Shown: one piece after another, positions 15,088 through 30,000 of the stretch | Layout of the letters: every line of letters starts with the position of its first letter | Position numbering within the stretch: the stretch's first letter is position 1 | DNA from: Octopus bimaculoides | Lineage: Eukaryota | DNA length: 53,478 bases | NCBI RefSeq assembly: GCF_001194135.2 | Contig: NC_068987.1 | Location: 88,152,861 to 88,206,338 of the forward strand | Direction: 5' to 3' | Program-made: the position numbers and the translations under genes | Notes under the pieces: model-generated | What the model was told of the DNA's origin: nothing | Databases searched by the model: none | Seen by the model: only the letters and a program-made list of their open reading frames with translations

Positions 15088-18000
15088 GTATCTATGTCTG
15101 TCTTTCTGTCTATGTCTGTCTTTCTGTCTATGTCTGTCTTTCTGTCTATGTCTGTCTTTCTGTCTATGTCTGTCTTTCTGTCTATGTCTGTCTTTCTGTC
15201 TATGTCTGTCTTTCTGTCTATGTCTGTCTTTCTGTCTATGTCTGTCTTTCTGTCTATGTCTGTCTTTCTGTCTATGTCTGTCTTTCTGTCTATGTCTGTC
15301 TATGCCTGTCTGTCTATGTCTGTCTGTTTGTCTATGTCTATCTGTCTATGTGTCTATGTCTATGTCACAGTTACATCCTGTATGGCAATTCTCTTGATAC
15401 AAACAGCCATACGGTTCATCTGAAAGAAAATGAACCTGAAATACAGTACTCCCATAACAGTTTATTTATGACAGATCTATGGTTTTGTATATTTAACCAG
15501 TACACTGTCACAGTATTGTATTTGCATGTACAGAATCACATGTCTCCTCCTACAAAACTACATCAGATTATCTTTCAGTAAGTGTATGATGCAACCTATT
15601 AAATTTGCTTTTATCCTTGTAAAACAGGGGTGTATCTTATGCAGAAATGTATCTTATATGGTGGCAAATACTGTAGTCAGTTTTCATCAAATATTATTAT
15701 TATTATTTTCATTTCTTTCTCCTCTTCCAACCTCATAAAGTTTCTCTCAACTGCTGGTAGAATTTATCCCTAAAATTGAGGTTGTTCATTTATTTTGCTC
15801 CATATTCCAACCAAATAAATTTATCGATCCTCTTTCTATATTAGTTTATTGTTCTACAGAAATTCCCCCCCCCCCCCGTAATGCTTGATACTTTCCTAAC
15901 CTGTTAAATTCCACACATATCTGTAAGTCATATGATTGTTTCTTCTCCTTCAAATCTCACCTCATACCATCATAAAATACCACCTCATACCATCATACCA
16001 TTGGATAATATTGTGCTGGATACATCTTTAGTAAAGAAAACTGCTTCTTAATAAGTTTGGAGCATGTAACTATTACTAAAAGAAAACAATTATTAAAATC
16101 TTCACTGCTTAGAAAATTCTTCTAAATTCCAGTTTTAATATACTTTTTATCAAAATATGATTTGAAACTTTTATTATTGGAAATTTCAATATCGCAATTC
16201 AATTACAAAAGTATTTTCTATCCACTGTGACATAGTGACTTTAAACTGCAAGATAGCATTTTCTTAACAGCTCAATTCATACTTTTTCTGGAAATATAGT
16301 TGTTTCAATATTTGTAATGCTACTTTCTGTAGACATATCAGTGAACAGATTTCTCCAAACTATAAGGTGAATTCAGCGTCAGCCAAATAATGTTGATTCC
16401 AGCATCCTTTCATATTTGTTGGGCGTTGTTGAAGAAGTAGAAAAGTGGTTTTATCTTGCTTATGTCAATTACACCAAATATAAACTTGTTATAAGAATAA
16501 ACCATGATAGGTGTGGTTGGAGGTCTGATCATAGATCTACTCTATCACAGCTAACTTGAACTTCAACAACACACACACATACACACACACACATCTTCTT
16601 TTCCTGGGACACTATTTCAATTTTTGGAAACCAAGTTAGAACTACACTAAATTTCTCCATCATCTTCACAAAGAGATTCTGCCAAATTCTTTATTGATGG
16701 TTAGCTGATTAAAGTTTAGGTTATTCTGTTTCACATTCTATATTTAACTAGCATTCTTGTATCCTTTTTGTGTTACATCTAAACAAATCCTTTTTCTTTT
16801 TGGTGAGGACTTCACATAACCCTGCACACCACACCACCACCAAATTTGTGTGACAGAAATTATTCTTATTTCCTTCCTTTGATCTGATATTCTTCTTCTA
16901 ATTATTTGTGATGTTCCAAATAGTCCATTATTAATTAGATCTTACATTCTGTTGCTTGCTTCATGGAGAGTCTTTCATAGAAATAATATCTGTTTACAAA
17001 TGTATTTTTCTGTTTTGTTTTGTAGGGAGACTATTGACTCTGTAAAGCAAAGTGCAGCCTTGACATTGCTGCGTTTATTGCGCACTTCACCTGACTTGAT
17101 CCAGATGGGTGAATGGACATCTCGTGTTATTCACTTGTTGAATGACCAACATATGGTAATAATTCTTCACTTTACTGTCCAGCATTTAGATTACTCTGTC
17201 AAATGTAAAGCTCATTTATTTCATACTGTTTTGAATTAATCATGCATTATCTTCAAGGTTTCTGTGATGTGATTGTTTATTTTTAGAATTACGTAGTAGG
17301 GTTGGTGTGAGAAGCTGGATCTGGACAGTTTGGATGTTAAACAGATAGAATATTTGGGCCTGATATGGTCAGTTTAAATGCTAAAGAGTTAGGTCTTATG
17401 TGGTCACTGAAATGTTTTGAGTAGAATTATCGCTGATATGCAGTAAATGGCCATTGTAATAACTTGACCATCCAGCTCATATGATGACAGTTGAACATAA
17501 TTGCTACCCCTCAAAATATTTTGTTGGTTTATGTTATTATTAAACTGGAAAATACATGCTTTAACCCTTTCGTTACTGTATTTATTTTGAGATGCTCTGT
17601 ATTTCTTTCAATTAATTTTAAATATAACAAAGAACTTAGTAAAATAACTTAGTTATCATTCAGCTAGTGTTGGGAACATAAATTGTGACTAAAGTTTGGT
17701 GGAAGATTTCAATTCAAAACTTATGAAAACAAGACATTTGTACTACAGAGCCAGAGCCAGTTTCAGCTGGGTTAATATCAAAAGGGTTAATGCACTAAAA
17801 ACTTTTTTACCTGAATATGCATTGCAAATGTTGGGGTGAGTATAATATACCTGTGCACCTTTTATGCCATCAGATCTGTTACTGTTACTGCAATTTGACA
17901 TTCTGTGTTCTACTAAAGTCAGGTAGAAAGGACAATGGATAAAACAACCATAATGATTTTCAATAGTTTGATCACAAAGTAGGGGGCAACCAAAGAATGA

Positions 18001-21000
18001 CTTAGTAAACACGAAAGTAAGACAGTGAGGTGCAACAGGAATGCATTTATTGATAGAGAGAAAGGGCATTATGTTAAAAAAAAGTAAGACATGTATGGAA
18101 CGAAAATAATGAAGAAATAACGTAGAAACAATGTACCGTGACCTGTATGGTTCTTATTTGTAGCATTAGGTTTTAAAAGGTTGAATAATAGTTTACAATA
18201 TAAAGATAGACTACATGCAGTTCGTTATGCAAGCATCAAAATTTTAAACTAAAATTTTTTATGTCACCAACCTTAAGTTATTGGATTGTATACGCTATGA
18301 AGGGTGTAATAAATTTTTTATTAAAAGAAAATATATACTTTTCTATAAGCTTTAGTAATTACACGCACGCACGCACGTGCACACACACACACACACACAC
18401 ACACACCACGCATGCGCACATACATCAAAGAAAAGCAATATTTTTCCATTGTGGTGTCTGTTACATATTTCCCGTGGAAATATTACTATGCATGTATCCA
18501 AGATTTTCAGATACATAATCACATTAAATTACTTAGTAAATTAATTACTGTGTGACCTGATAGCCAGTTCCTTGGCTGGAATGCTTACTGTGAGGTCTGC
18601 TTGATTCTCCAAATCCAACTGTCTACTTTGTGTGTGTGTGTGTATGGGTATAACAAATTATGATTTAATTTATAATCTTAAGTTTTCTGTTAATAATATT
18701 TATAATATCATTTATTGAATGTTCATGTTTGCAATTTATTTTTAGGGTGTTGTCACCTCTGCTGCAAGTCTTATTGAAGCTCTTGTGAGAAAGAATCCTG
18801 AGGAATACAAAGGCTGTGTGTCATTGGCTGTATCTCGGTTGAGCAGAGTGAGTTACTCTTTTCCTTCTTACTTTTTGTCTGTTTCATACAATAGCAGTTA
18901 GCAGTGAAAGATATAATTATTTGCTTGACTGACAGACAAGCTAAAGGAAGGATGCTGCTTCACTATAAATTCCTGGTGAGTAATTTTCTGTGAAAGGGAT
19001 ACCAATTTGGCAAAAATATATTTCTGTTTTCAATGCATTTAAGTACGTTGCTTCATACTGAAAGGTCAACAGTTAGGGATGTATTGGCTGTAATTACATG
19101 CTATTATTTATTCAGACTCTAAGAACTCTGAGCTGGCAGAATTGTTCACACATTGGATGAAAGTTTAGTGGCATTTCCTCCAGTTCTTTACATTCTGAGT
19201 TCAAATTCTGCCACAGTCAGCTTCACCTTTTATCTTCTCAATTTTGATAAAATATGTACCAGTCATGTATTGGTGTCAGTGTAATCAACACTCCTCCTCG
19301 TCCTACTCTGCTGGCTTTGTACCAAAATTTGGAACCAATATCTCTTCAGACTTTAAAGGCAGCAACCTGGCATAACCATTTGTGCATTGGATAAAAACTT
19401 AGAATGTAAAAAAACCAAAAGAAGTGCTGCTAAGTTCAAAGTTTGTTGCCATTGACTTTGCCTTTCACCCTTCTTTTGTGGGGTCCATAAAATAATTACA
19501 AGTTACCCTTAAAACTAGTGGCCTTGTTCCAAAAATAGAAATGAATTATTTTCTTCATACTCTACTTATATTCCATTCCTTTCTCTCTAATTCTGTTTTC
19601 CAATAATAATTCTAGATGATAGAAGTTTGAGTGGCTGTGTGGTAAGTAGCTTGCTTCCCAACCACATGGTCCTGGGTTCAGTCCCACTGCGTGGCACCTT
19701 GGGCAAGTGTCTTGTACTATAGCCTCGGGCCAACCAAGGCCTTGTGAAAGAAGCTCATTGTATATTTGTGTGGGTGTGTGTGTATGTTTGTGCCTGTGTT
19801 TGTCCCTGCCACCATCGCTTGACTGCTGATGTTGGTGTGTTTATGTCTCCACAACTTAGTGGTTCAGCAAAAGAGACCGATAGAATAAGTACTAGGCTGA
19901 CAAAGAATAAATCCTAGTGTCGATTTGTTTGACTAAAAGCAGTGCTCCAGCATGGCCATAGTCAAATGACAAACAAATGAAAGAATATATATATATATAA
20001 GGCATTGCTGTGTGGTGAGAAGCTTGCTTCCTAACTGCAGGGTTCTGGGTTCAGTCCCATTGCATAGCACCTTAGGTAAATGTTTCCTACTATAGCATCA
20101 AGCTGACCAAAGTCTTGTGAGTGAATTTGGTAAACAGTAACTGAATGAAGCCTGTCATATGTATATGTGTGTGTGTATGTTTGTGTCTGCATTTCTCCTC
20201 CATCATCGCTTGACAACTGGTGTTTGTGTGTTTAAATCCACATAACTTAGCAGTTCGGCAAAAGAGACCGATGGAATGAGTACCAGGCTTTAAAAGAAAA
20301 ATAATAAGTTCTGGGGTCGATCCATTTGACTGAAATAATTCTTGAAAGCAGTGCTCCAGTATGGCTGCCATCTTCTGATTGAAACAAGTAAATGATAAAT
20401 GATACACAGACACACCTTATAATTTCTCAAGTTTATCACAGAATCACACTTTTATTACCTGCTGCTAAATGACTTTTAGGTTTCATTAAAGCTTTACCAA
20501 AAGGTTTCTCAAATAGATAATATTCCAAGTCAACTGGCGTTGTCGGTACAATGTCTTCTTTCATAAAATTCCTATGGCTTCTCTTTTTTTCTATCTGCTC
20601 AACCTTAGCAATGCTCCAGAATTCATTTATTTATTTACATTTCTGTTGCTTAATTTTCATTTTGGCATTATTATAGTTTTTATTACGAGGTACATTAGCT
20701 TTAATATCTACTGGCATATTATTATTATGTTGCTATGCTTTGCTGCAAAGGAAATACTAATACCATTCCAATTCCATTAGTGTGTAACGAAGTTAAGAAA
20801 AATAGCTTCATTACCAGGGGGTGGGTGGGAAAATGTTTGCTAATCCTTCTTTCAGCTTTCATGTGTGTGTGTGTGTGTGTGTGTGATATGTATCAGTCAT
20901 TGGTCAGTGCCTATGCTAGGGTACTACCTTGAAGGGTTTCAGTTGAACAAATCAACCCCAGGACTTATTTGTAACTTTTTAAGTCCTGTACTTATTGGTC

Positions 21001-22253
21001 TCTTTTGCGAAACTATAAAGCTATGTGGAACATAAACAAACCAACAACAGTTGTCAAGTGGTGATAGGCAACAAACACGTGCACACACACACACACACGC
21101 ACATGATAGGCTTCTACACAGTTTCCCTTTCCCAGATTCCCTGACAAGGCATTAGTCAGCTCACAACCATAATAAAGTCGATGTAGTTTTGTTATTCTTC
21201 CTGCTTCGCTCAGTCTCCTTTATTGTCTTCTAATATACATTATTAAATGATATAAACTTCATCTTCAATATTAAACCATCATTTTCCTGTTTTTCTTTTC
21301 TCTATAAATAACCTATTTATTTAATATTTCAATGCAAAGATATATCAAAAGAACACAATGTCTTCAGCAGTTTCCTTTTCTTTTTCTTCTTCTTCTTCAT
21401 TATTTGTTTGTTTTCATATGCTTTATATTTTCTTATTTCATTTGGCCAATTTCATTTAGTTGTTCAATTTTCCTAAGTATAAATCTAATAGGTTTTTTCA
21501 ACATTTAATCTTCTGAGTATTGCACCTCATAAAATAATATAGTTTTTCTTAGCTAATTTTATTCTCCCTCCTCTTTTTTCTCTGCGTCTGTCTGTGTTTC
21601 TTTCTTTCTCTCTCTCTCTCTTTCTCTCCTCGTGCTCACACAGAACTTTCTATGATGACCTATTTTTGACCAAACATATATTATGTTCGTCTAGTACACT
21701 TAATCTACTTATGGTTAAGACAGCATTTTAAAGTTTAGATGCTCAAGAAAAATTCCTTCCTGTGTTATATGATATTTTCAACATCTCGTTAATGCCAGTC
21801 TATTCTGATAGAGTAAATTTTGCACATCAGCTTCATCATTCTGTTTTAATTTTCTTCTGAGTAGACAATTGACAACAGACCAATCAATGCTTATGAAGCA
21901 AGTGACTGTATGTGCATGTTAATTGATGTATGTTAGCAATGTATAACGAGCATTTCATTTTCTGGAGATCGGAAGTATTTCAGAAGTTTGAACTTAGGAA
22001 CAAAGAAGTGATTAGTCTGGTCTGCTGCTTACCTGTCTGCAATTCATATCCACCGACTTTATCCTCATCATTTAATGTCCTCTTTTCCATGCTTGTATGG
22101 GTCAGATAGAATTTGTTGAGACAAATTTTTGTTTCCAAACAAGGTGATTATTCCCTCATGGCCAGACACATTTCTCATAGAAGACCACCTTTATTTGTAT
22201 GACAATGATGCTCATTTAAAGCCATCATGTGATGTCTACACAGACTTACATCC

Positions 22254-22287
<34 letters not shown>

Positions 22288-24037
22288 TCCCAAACAACAC
22301 TTATTTTAGTGCTGTTGACACCGCTGGATTGAATGGTACTGTCCAGGTGTCGAAACCATAATGATATCTGCGGGGCAGCTGATGATGGAGGTATGTTGGA
22401 TTGTTGGTATGGCTGTTTTTGTATATGTGGAATAGTATTATAAAACATCCTTTTGATATATATTTATGTATATCGTTGCTATTATGCAAAAGGTGTCGTA
22501 AGTCTAAAATGTTGCTTTTTCAGAAAATGAAAAAAATAGTTTCACCATTCCATAGCAAAACCATTGTACTACACTTTGACAATTTTTAATATTTTGGTGT
22601 CTGAAGCAGCTGGAGATACGATAGGCCCAGCTATCGCAAGTAAAAATAGATATTGAAAAACACGCATTAGGGCAAATTTGAACATATGACAATTTAATGT
22701 AACAGCAACAATACACACACACACATACACACACACACTGGGGACTGCTGAAAAGTTCCTGGCTTTGGATATAAGAAAATATGTGAGGATCAGTAAATTA
22801 TGATTTTATTCACTGTGCGGGTGACACGTAAAAGCACCCACTACACTCTCTGAGTGGTTGGCGTTAGGAAGGGCATCCAGCTGTAGAAACTCTGCCAAAT
22901 CAGACTGGAGCCTGTTGTTGCCATCCGGTTTCACCAGTCCTCAGTCAAATCGTCCAACCCATGCTAGCATGGAAAGCAGACGTTAAACGATGATGATGAT
23001 GATGATGATGATATTCCCCTCTCAGATTCACATACTTGTTGCAGTGGTCCTTCAGTTATTCTAGACCCTGTAAAAGAACTTGGAAGGTTGGGCCACCAAC
23101 CAGGCCTTTCGCAACACCCTTAAAGCCTGGAACTTTTCAGCACCCCCTCATATATATGCATAGATACATGATGGGCTTCCACATAATTCCTGTTTAACAA
23201 ATCCACTCACAAGGCTTTGGTCATTCTGAAGCTATAGTAGAAGACACTTGCCCAAGATACCACACAGTGGGACTAAACCTAAGATTACATAGCAGGGAAG
23301 CAAGTGTCTTCTACAATAACTCTGTGCCGACCAATGCCTTGTGAGTGAATTTGGTAAACAGAAACTGTGTTGAAGCCCATTGTGTGTGTGTGTGTATTTG
23401 TGTCTGTCCTCTCAACACTGCTTGACAACTTTTGCGTCTGTGTGTGTGTGTGTGTGTAAGAGAGAAAGAGAGGGGGAAGGGTGAGAGAAATAATGAGAAT
23501 TAGATTGAACACTAATTGACTGTATCAGATTAAATTCTTCTTTGGATATAAATTCATTTGGTATCTTAAAACATTCCTCTCTTTCAATATTAGAACAAAT
23601 GATTAGATTTTTTTTCTATTTGTTTTTATACAAGTTTTGCTTTGCTTCCATTATCTTTACCTTCAATTCCTCTGTTTTTTTCCAGTTTAACATAAAGCAA
23701 TCGTGCAATCTATCTTGGAATTAATTCTTGCAATGGTTGAATTTTCTTGTTTTTGTTTTCCTGAGGTTGTTCCCATTTTTTTTTTAACCATTCTCCTTTG
23801 CCATTTCGTTCCATAACTAACTAACTTTGTAATGTTTATTCATTCCTCTGTTCCAGTTTACTTTCTGGAAGATTAGTTAACTAACAAACAAACTCTCTTT
23901 CTTCAGATCAATTAATTGTTTCTATTTAAAGAAGGCTTTCTAACTAAAATCTTCATTATTAGATTTGTTAAAATTATTCTGTTCTCTATGCTATTTGTAG
24001 CCTCAGAAAATGTAAGATTCTTAAAATTCTCTCGTTA

Positions 24038-24077
<40 letters not shown>

Positions 24078-27000
24078 GTAATTTGATATGCTTAATTTTG
24101 TTTCAAGTTAGTTTATTGATTTTTCTGGATAATGTCGTTGAAGCATATTTGCTTCGAGGTTTGAAATTTGAAAAAGAAATATTCAAGACATTTGGGAATT
24201 TCACGCTTGTTTAATCTTTGATAACTAACTCTGAAATTGTTAATTTATGTAGACAAATATTTAGTGAAAATTTCCTCAGTGAAAATTTACAAAAATATTA
24301 TTAAAATAATATTGTTATTTTGTTTATTGTTTTAATTGTCATGGGGTACTCTAAAATCCTTTTGCTTCCATTTTCTGCCACATCAATAAGAATGTTAGAT
24401 TATCAGAAAGGTTTCTAAATAAAAACCAAATAGTAAAGATCATCATCATCATCATCATCATCCTATGCTGTGTTAGTTTGCAGGGATATTGTCTTGAAGT
24501 TTGGTGACAACAAGTCTCCTCAAACCTGAAGAATCTTTTAAGATTCTTGCAGAATAAAGGATTGCATTTTTCTGCAGGTTGACATTGCAAGTCTCAATTC
24601 CAGTATTTCTCAGCCTCTTTGGTTGCAGTTCTGTATTGTGCCAAGTGCACCAATTACCACAGGAATAAGTGTTGCCATGGTCTTCCACAGACCCTCTTCA
24701 TGTTGCTGGCTAGGTCCTGGTATTTCTCAATTTTTTTTCCAATTCCAATCTTTTATCATATGATTTTATGGAGTCTATGATTTCACACTTTTTTTGTCCC
24801 CTATAATCATATCTGGTCTTGTAGCTTCAAGACATCATCCTGTCTCATATGGCTGGTAAAAATGCTCACCGAATGGTTTTTATAGGGAACTGGAAGTCAA
24901 ATTCTAGAATGTTTGAGAAAACCTGTCCATGCCATTGTTTTACATTGATTGGCTGGTTAATAGACCAATCACATGCAATTATGATGGTTTGTTTTGTGAT
25001 CTCTGACGATGTATCCAGGGATTTGGTTTTGAATCACTGCTACAGTGTTGTTGCCTTTTTTAAAATTTTGATTTGCTTTTAATGGACAAACCGTATCAAA
25101 TGCTTTGGTGTTTTTATCATTACAGATTGTTACTTCATCATACACTGACCTTCAGGATTACACTTACTATTTTGTTCCTGCACCTTGGTTATCAGTGAAG
25201 TTGCTAAGGCTGCTACAGAATTATCCTCCTCCAGGTAACCAATTCCTCACTACTAAATCTTGATTTGTTTTGCTTTGATGTCTCTTACATCCCAAGTGTT
25301 CAGAGTTAGTCTTTAATCAAGGAGTCACTGCAAGGTGGGAGGTAGTAATCTATTGCCTAGTTTAACTGTCATTTGGCACTTTGGATCCGTCTATTACGAG
25401 TATTTGGGGTGAATCTCCAGTTTGAGGAAAGCTTCTTCTCTCCCTTTTAGCAATCTTAGAGACTCTGTATAGGTCATGGGTATTGCCATCCCTTCCTGGT
25501 AAAATGCTTTAGAAAAATGGTTTTCATGTATTTATCATCATCATTGTTTAGTACATGTTTTCCTTGCTGGGTTGGACGTTTTGACAGGAGCTGAGGGCTG
25601 TAGCAGGCTCCATTGTATGCTTTGGTATGACATTGGAGTTGGCATTAAGGAAGGATGCCATATTTGCACCTATAAAACTGTAAAAATTAAAAATAACATC
25701 TCATTCATGCTACAGGTAAAATAGGTGAGAAATATGAAAAGTTCATAATGTAAATTATATTTCACTTAATTTGATGTTTTTTTTATCACCTAATTTAAGA
25801 TCAGACTTCAATGTAAAAAAAAATAATCTCTTAATTTTTCAAAAGTTAACCTTAGACAAGGATATCAATATCTATTTCTTGTGTAAGATTTTATTTATTA
25901 TGAAATAGATAATTATGTCATGGTTGGCAGTGAATTTAGTGAGAAATCATGTAGAAAAGGTGCCCCTCTTACTTTTGTTTATTCTAATTCTTGTGATTAT
26001 AACACAAGAGTTCAAGGCTGGTTGGCTCTGGGAATATATTTCTGCTGATAATCTGGTTTGAAGTTTCCAAAGATCAAAGTATTTCTTAGCATGAGAGAGT
26101 GTGGTTTCCTAATGTCATTTGTTATGATGCGTTGCTTTGATGTAGGAAGGAAATAGATTGGAAGTTGATAACCCTAACCCTAACCCTTCTACTGTAGCTT
26201 CTGGCCAACTTAAGCCTTATGAGTGGATTTGGTAGGTGGAGACTGAAAGAAGCCCATCAGATATGTGTGTTTGTGTTTATCCCTACTCCTTGACAGCCAG
26301 TGTTGGTGTGTTTATGTCCCTGTAACTTAGCAGTTCAGCAAAAGAGACTCATAGAATGAGCTCCAGGTTTACAAAAATAGGCACTGGGGTTGATTCATTT
26401 GACTAAAATTCTTCAAGGCGGTGCCCCAGCATGGCTGTAGTCTAATTACTGAAACAAAAGATAATGTTTATTTATTTCTCTTTGCTCCCAAGGCATAACT
26501 CCTTTGTTTTGCATATCTTTTTTTTTCTTCTTGCCACTGACATCTAATGTAAGAGATTTTCTCTCCGCAGAGGATCCAGCCGTTCGCACACGTCTCACGG
26601 AATGCTTGGAAACTATACTCAACAAAGCACAAGAAGCACCGAAATCTAAAAAGGCACAGCATTCCAATGCCAAAAATGCAGTATTGTTTGAAGCGATAAA
26701 TCTAATCATTCACATGGACAGTGATCCTAACCTTTTAGTTAGAGCTTGTAACCAACTTGGACAGTTTCTTCAGCACAGAGAGACCAACCTCAGGTATATT
26801 GTGCTTTTATCCATATTAAAAATCTCCCCTTCTTTATCTTACTCTCTAACTTCCTCTCCTTTCTCTTTCAGCTAGGGCATCCATGTATCTACTCTATAGC
26901 AGTATCGACTTTATAGTGAAGGCACGTGGCTTTGTGGTTAGGGCATTTGGCTTGCGATTGTAAGGCTGTGAGTTCAATTCCTGGCGACGCGTTATGTCCT

Positions 27001-30000
27001 TGAGCAAGACACTTTATTTCACGTTGCTCTAGTCCACTCAGCTGGCAAAATGAGTTGTACCTGTATTTCAAAGGGGCCAGCCTTGTCACACTCTGTGTCA
27101 TGCTAAATCTCCCTGAGAGCTACGTTAGGGGTACACGTGTCTGTGGAGTGCTCAGCCACTTGCTTGTTAAATTCACGAGCAAAGTGTTCCATTGATCATA
27201 TCAGCTGGGACCCTTGTTGTCGTAACCGACGGAGTGCTCCTACCTACCTACTCTATAGCAAGACATGTTTCTGTTCCTCTATACATTTAATCTCTCAATT
27301 AATACAAATCCACCACCACCGTCCTGCCTCAACACCACTTACCACTTCCCAGCTGAGGAATTTTGTCTTGCAAGTTGCTTGGTGACCCTGTTGGTGCTCG
27401 TGCCTTGTGAAATGCACTGGTGCTGGTGTTATGTAAAAAAAAAAAAAGCATTGGTGCCATGTAAAAAACACCTAGTGATCTCTGTAAAATGGTTGGCATG
27501 CCAAACAGACAATGGAACCTGGTACAGCTCCTGGCCCTTACCAGCCCCTGTCAAACCATCCAACCCATGCCAGTGTGGAAAACAGATGTTTGATGATGAG
27601 GAATATTATCTATTTGTAATATCATTTTTTATTGAACCTTTGTTCTTCAACAAGTTAGCACATGCTGTTATGCCAAGGTCAAAATTGTTAAATAATGTAC
27701 GTAACATTTTGTTTTTTTGCATTATTTACATTATTTACATTTGACGGATATTTGTCCTCATCTTGTTTGTTGTTATTATTATTATTATTATATGCCCACG
27801 CACATATAGGGTAGTGGTTAAGAGTGTGGGCTACTAACCCCAAGATTCCAAGTTCGATTCCTGGAAGTGACCTGAATAATAATAATAATATCAAAAAATA
27901 CCTTAGGAATGAGAACCCAGGTTTGAAATTTCCTCAAGACACCTGATGTAGGTTGGAGGGTATATCAGTCGAAACGTTGTGTTAACAACAAACAAGATGA
28001 GGACAAATATCCGTCAATGTAAATAATGTACATAATTCCTCGTCTCTTAAATATAGAACTGTATTTTGTTTTTTCCGTTTATTTTTTTTATAATTAAAAA
28101 AAATCCTTGTTGCAGATNNNNNNNNNNNNNNNNNNNNNNNNNNNNNNNNNNNNNNNNNNNNNNNNNNNNNNNNNNNNNNNNNNNNNNNNNNNNNNNNNNN
28201 NNNNNNNNNNNNNNNNNNNNNNNNNNNNNNNNNNNNNNNNNNNNNNNNNNNNNNNNNNNNNNNNNNNNNNNNNNNNNNNNNNNNNNNNNNNNNNNNNNNN
28301 NNNNNNNNNNNNNNNNNNNNNNNNNNNNNNNNNNNNNNNNNNNNNNNNNNNNNNNNNNNNNNNNNNNNNNNNNNNNNNNNNNNNNNNNNNNNNNNNNNNN
28401 NNNNNNNNNNNNNNNNNNNNNNNNNNNNNNNNNNNNNNNNNNNNNNNNNNNNNNNNNNNNNNNNNNNNNNNNNNNNNNNNNNNNNNNNNNNNNNNNNNNN
28501 NNNNNNNNNNNNNNNNNNNNNNNNNNNNNNNNNNNNNNNNNNNNNNNNNNNNNNNNNNNNNNNNNNNNNNNNNNNNNNNNNNNNNNNNNTTATGTCCTCG
28601 TAACTTAGCGGTTCAGCAAAAGAGCCCGATAGAATAAGTACTAGGCTTACAAAGAATAAGTCTTGGGGTCGATTTGCTCGACTAAAGGCGGTGCTCCAGC
28701 ATGGCCACAGTCAAATGACAGAAACAATTAAAAAAAAAATTTAAAAGTAAATAAAAAAGAAAAGTAACACCTGGTAACTGCAGCCACTTGCTATAGAAGC
28801 AACAACTTTCACTGTTCATTCGCAAGAGAAGCAACTTTTGTAACTGTCCATTTGTGATAGAGGCAACATTTAATATAAAGGAGCCATTTGTTGCTGTCTG
28901 TGCTAAAGGAAACATTTGTCATCATCATCATCATCATCATTTAACGTCCACTTTCCATGCTAGCATGGGTTGGACGATTTGACTGGGGACTGGCAAACCG
29001 GATGGCTACACCAGACTCCAATCTGATCTGGCAGAGTTTCTACAGCTGGATGCCCTTCCTAACACCAACCACTCCGAGAGTGTAGTGGGTGCTTTTTACG
29101 TGCCAGTCCGTTGGTACTGGCAACAGCCACGGTCAGATGGTGTTTTTTATGTGCCAGCTGCACAGAAGTCAGTCCAATGTTTTGTTCACATGCCACCAGA
29201 ACAAGTGCCAGTAAGGCGAAGCTGGAAACGATCGCGCTCAAGTAGTGCTTTTTACGTGCCACCGACACAGATTAAAAATGTTTGGGGGGCAAATTGTGAA
29301 TTTCCATTTGTGATGAAGCATAGAATATCTGTAGTGTTGGTCACATGTATGAAGTAGGAAAGACTTAGAAAAGAAACACTTACAACAAATATTAAAATGC
29401 TCCTTGCTCTTAGTTGAGTTTGTGATAAGGCTTTGAGTTTAAGTTTTAGCCATTTCTCCTATGTTCTTAATGCTCCTGAGATGCTGCTCGTCTTCAAGTG
29501 CAAAACCCAGCGTCCATGTAAGAAATTGATTCTTCTCACCAACTTGTACAAAACAAGAGATTGTTATTGTTTAATTCTTCTTCAGACGGAACGAGATGTG
29601 AGTGTGCGTCAGCGAGCTGTCGACTTATTATATGCCATGTGTGACAGGACCAATGCGGAAGAGATTGTGGCAGAAATGTTGGAATATCTGGAATCTGCTG
29701 ATTACTCCATTCGAGAGGAAATGGTAGGTTTTCAGATTTTTATTTTATTTTTGTTTTTTTTGTGTGTACTTGCACTCTTTAACCCTTTAACTGAAAAATT
29801 AAATTTAATGGTTATTCCGGTAATTGTGTTAAATATCTACCAAAAAAAAAAAAAAGTAAAATTGATATTTTCTGCAAGTCACATTTCCTCCATAAACTTT
29901 GCATATCTCAATCAACCTAAAAGTAATTTCAGATTTGACATTCCTCAACAAAAGATTGCCTTCTGCAGTTAAGGGTAATAAAATTTTGAGTGGATGTATC

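Noticed and set aside
15048-15581. Long repetitive ORFs (LSVYVC, MSVFLS, LSFCLC repeats)
   Set aside because: Translations of an 18-nt minisatellite
18936-18975. Cryptic cag..gtgagt exon (and an 11-nt one at 15567-15577)
   Set aside because: Frameshifting or stop-containing, weak acceptors, no supporting evidence
26169-26186. (TAACCC)3 telomere-like run
   Set aside because: Too short and isolated to imply a fusion or healing event
26794-26875. Read-through [12 protein letters not shown]... giving an alternative C-terminus
   Set aside because: Homology is lost right after the AG|gtatat donor; ordinary intron
27793-27875. Possible tRNA gene (also 11919-11995)
   Set aside because: Promoter boxes are present but acceptor and anticodon stems do not pair fully; treated as SINE heads
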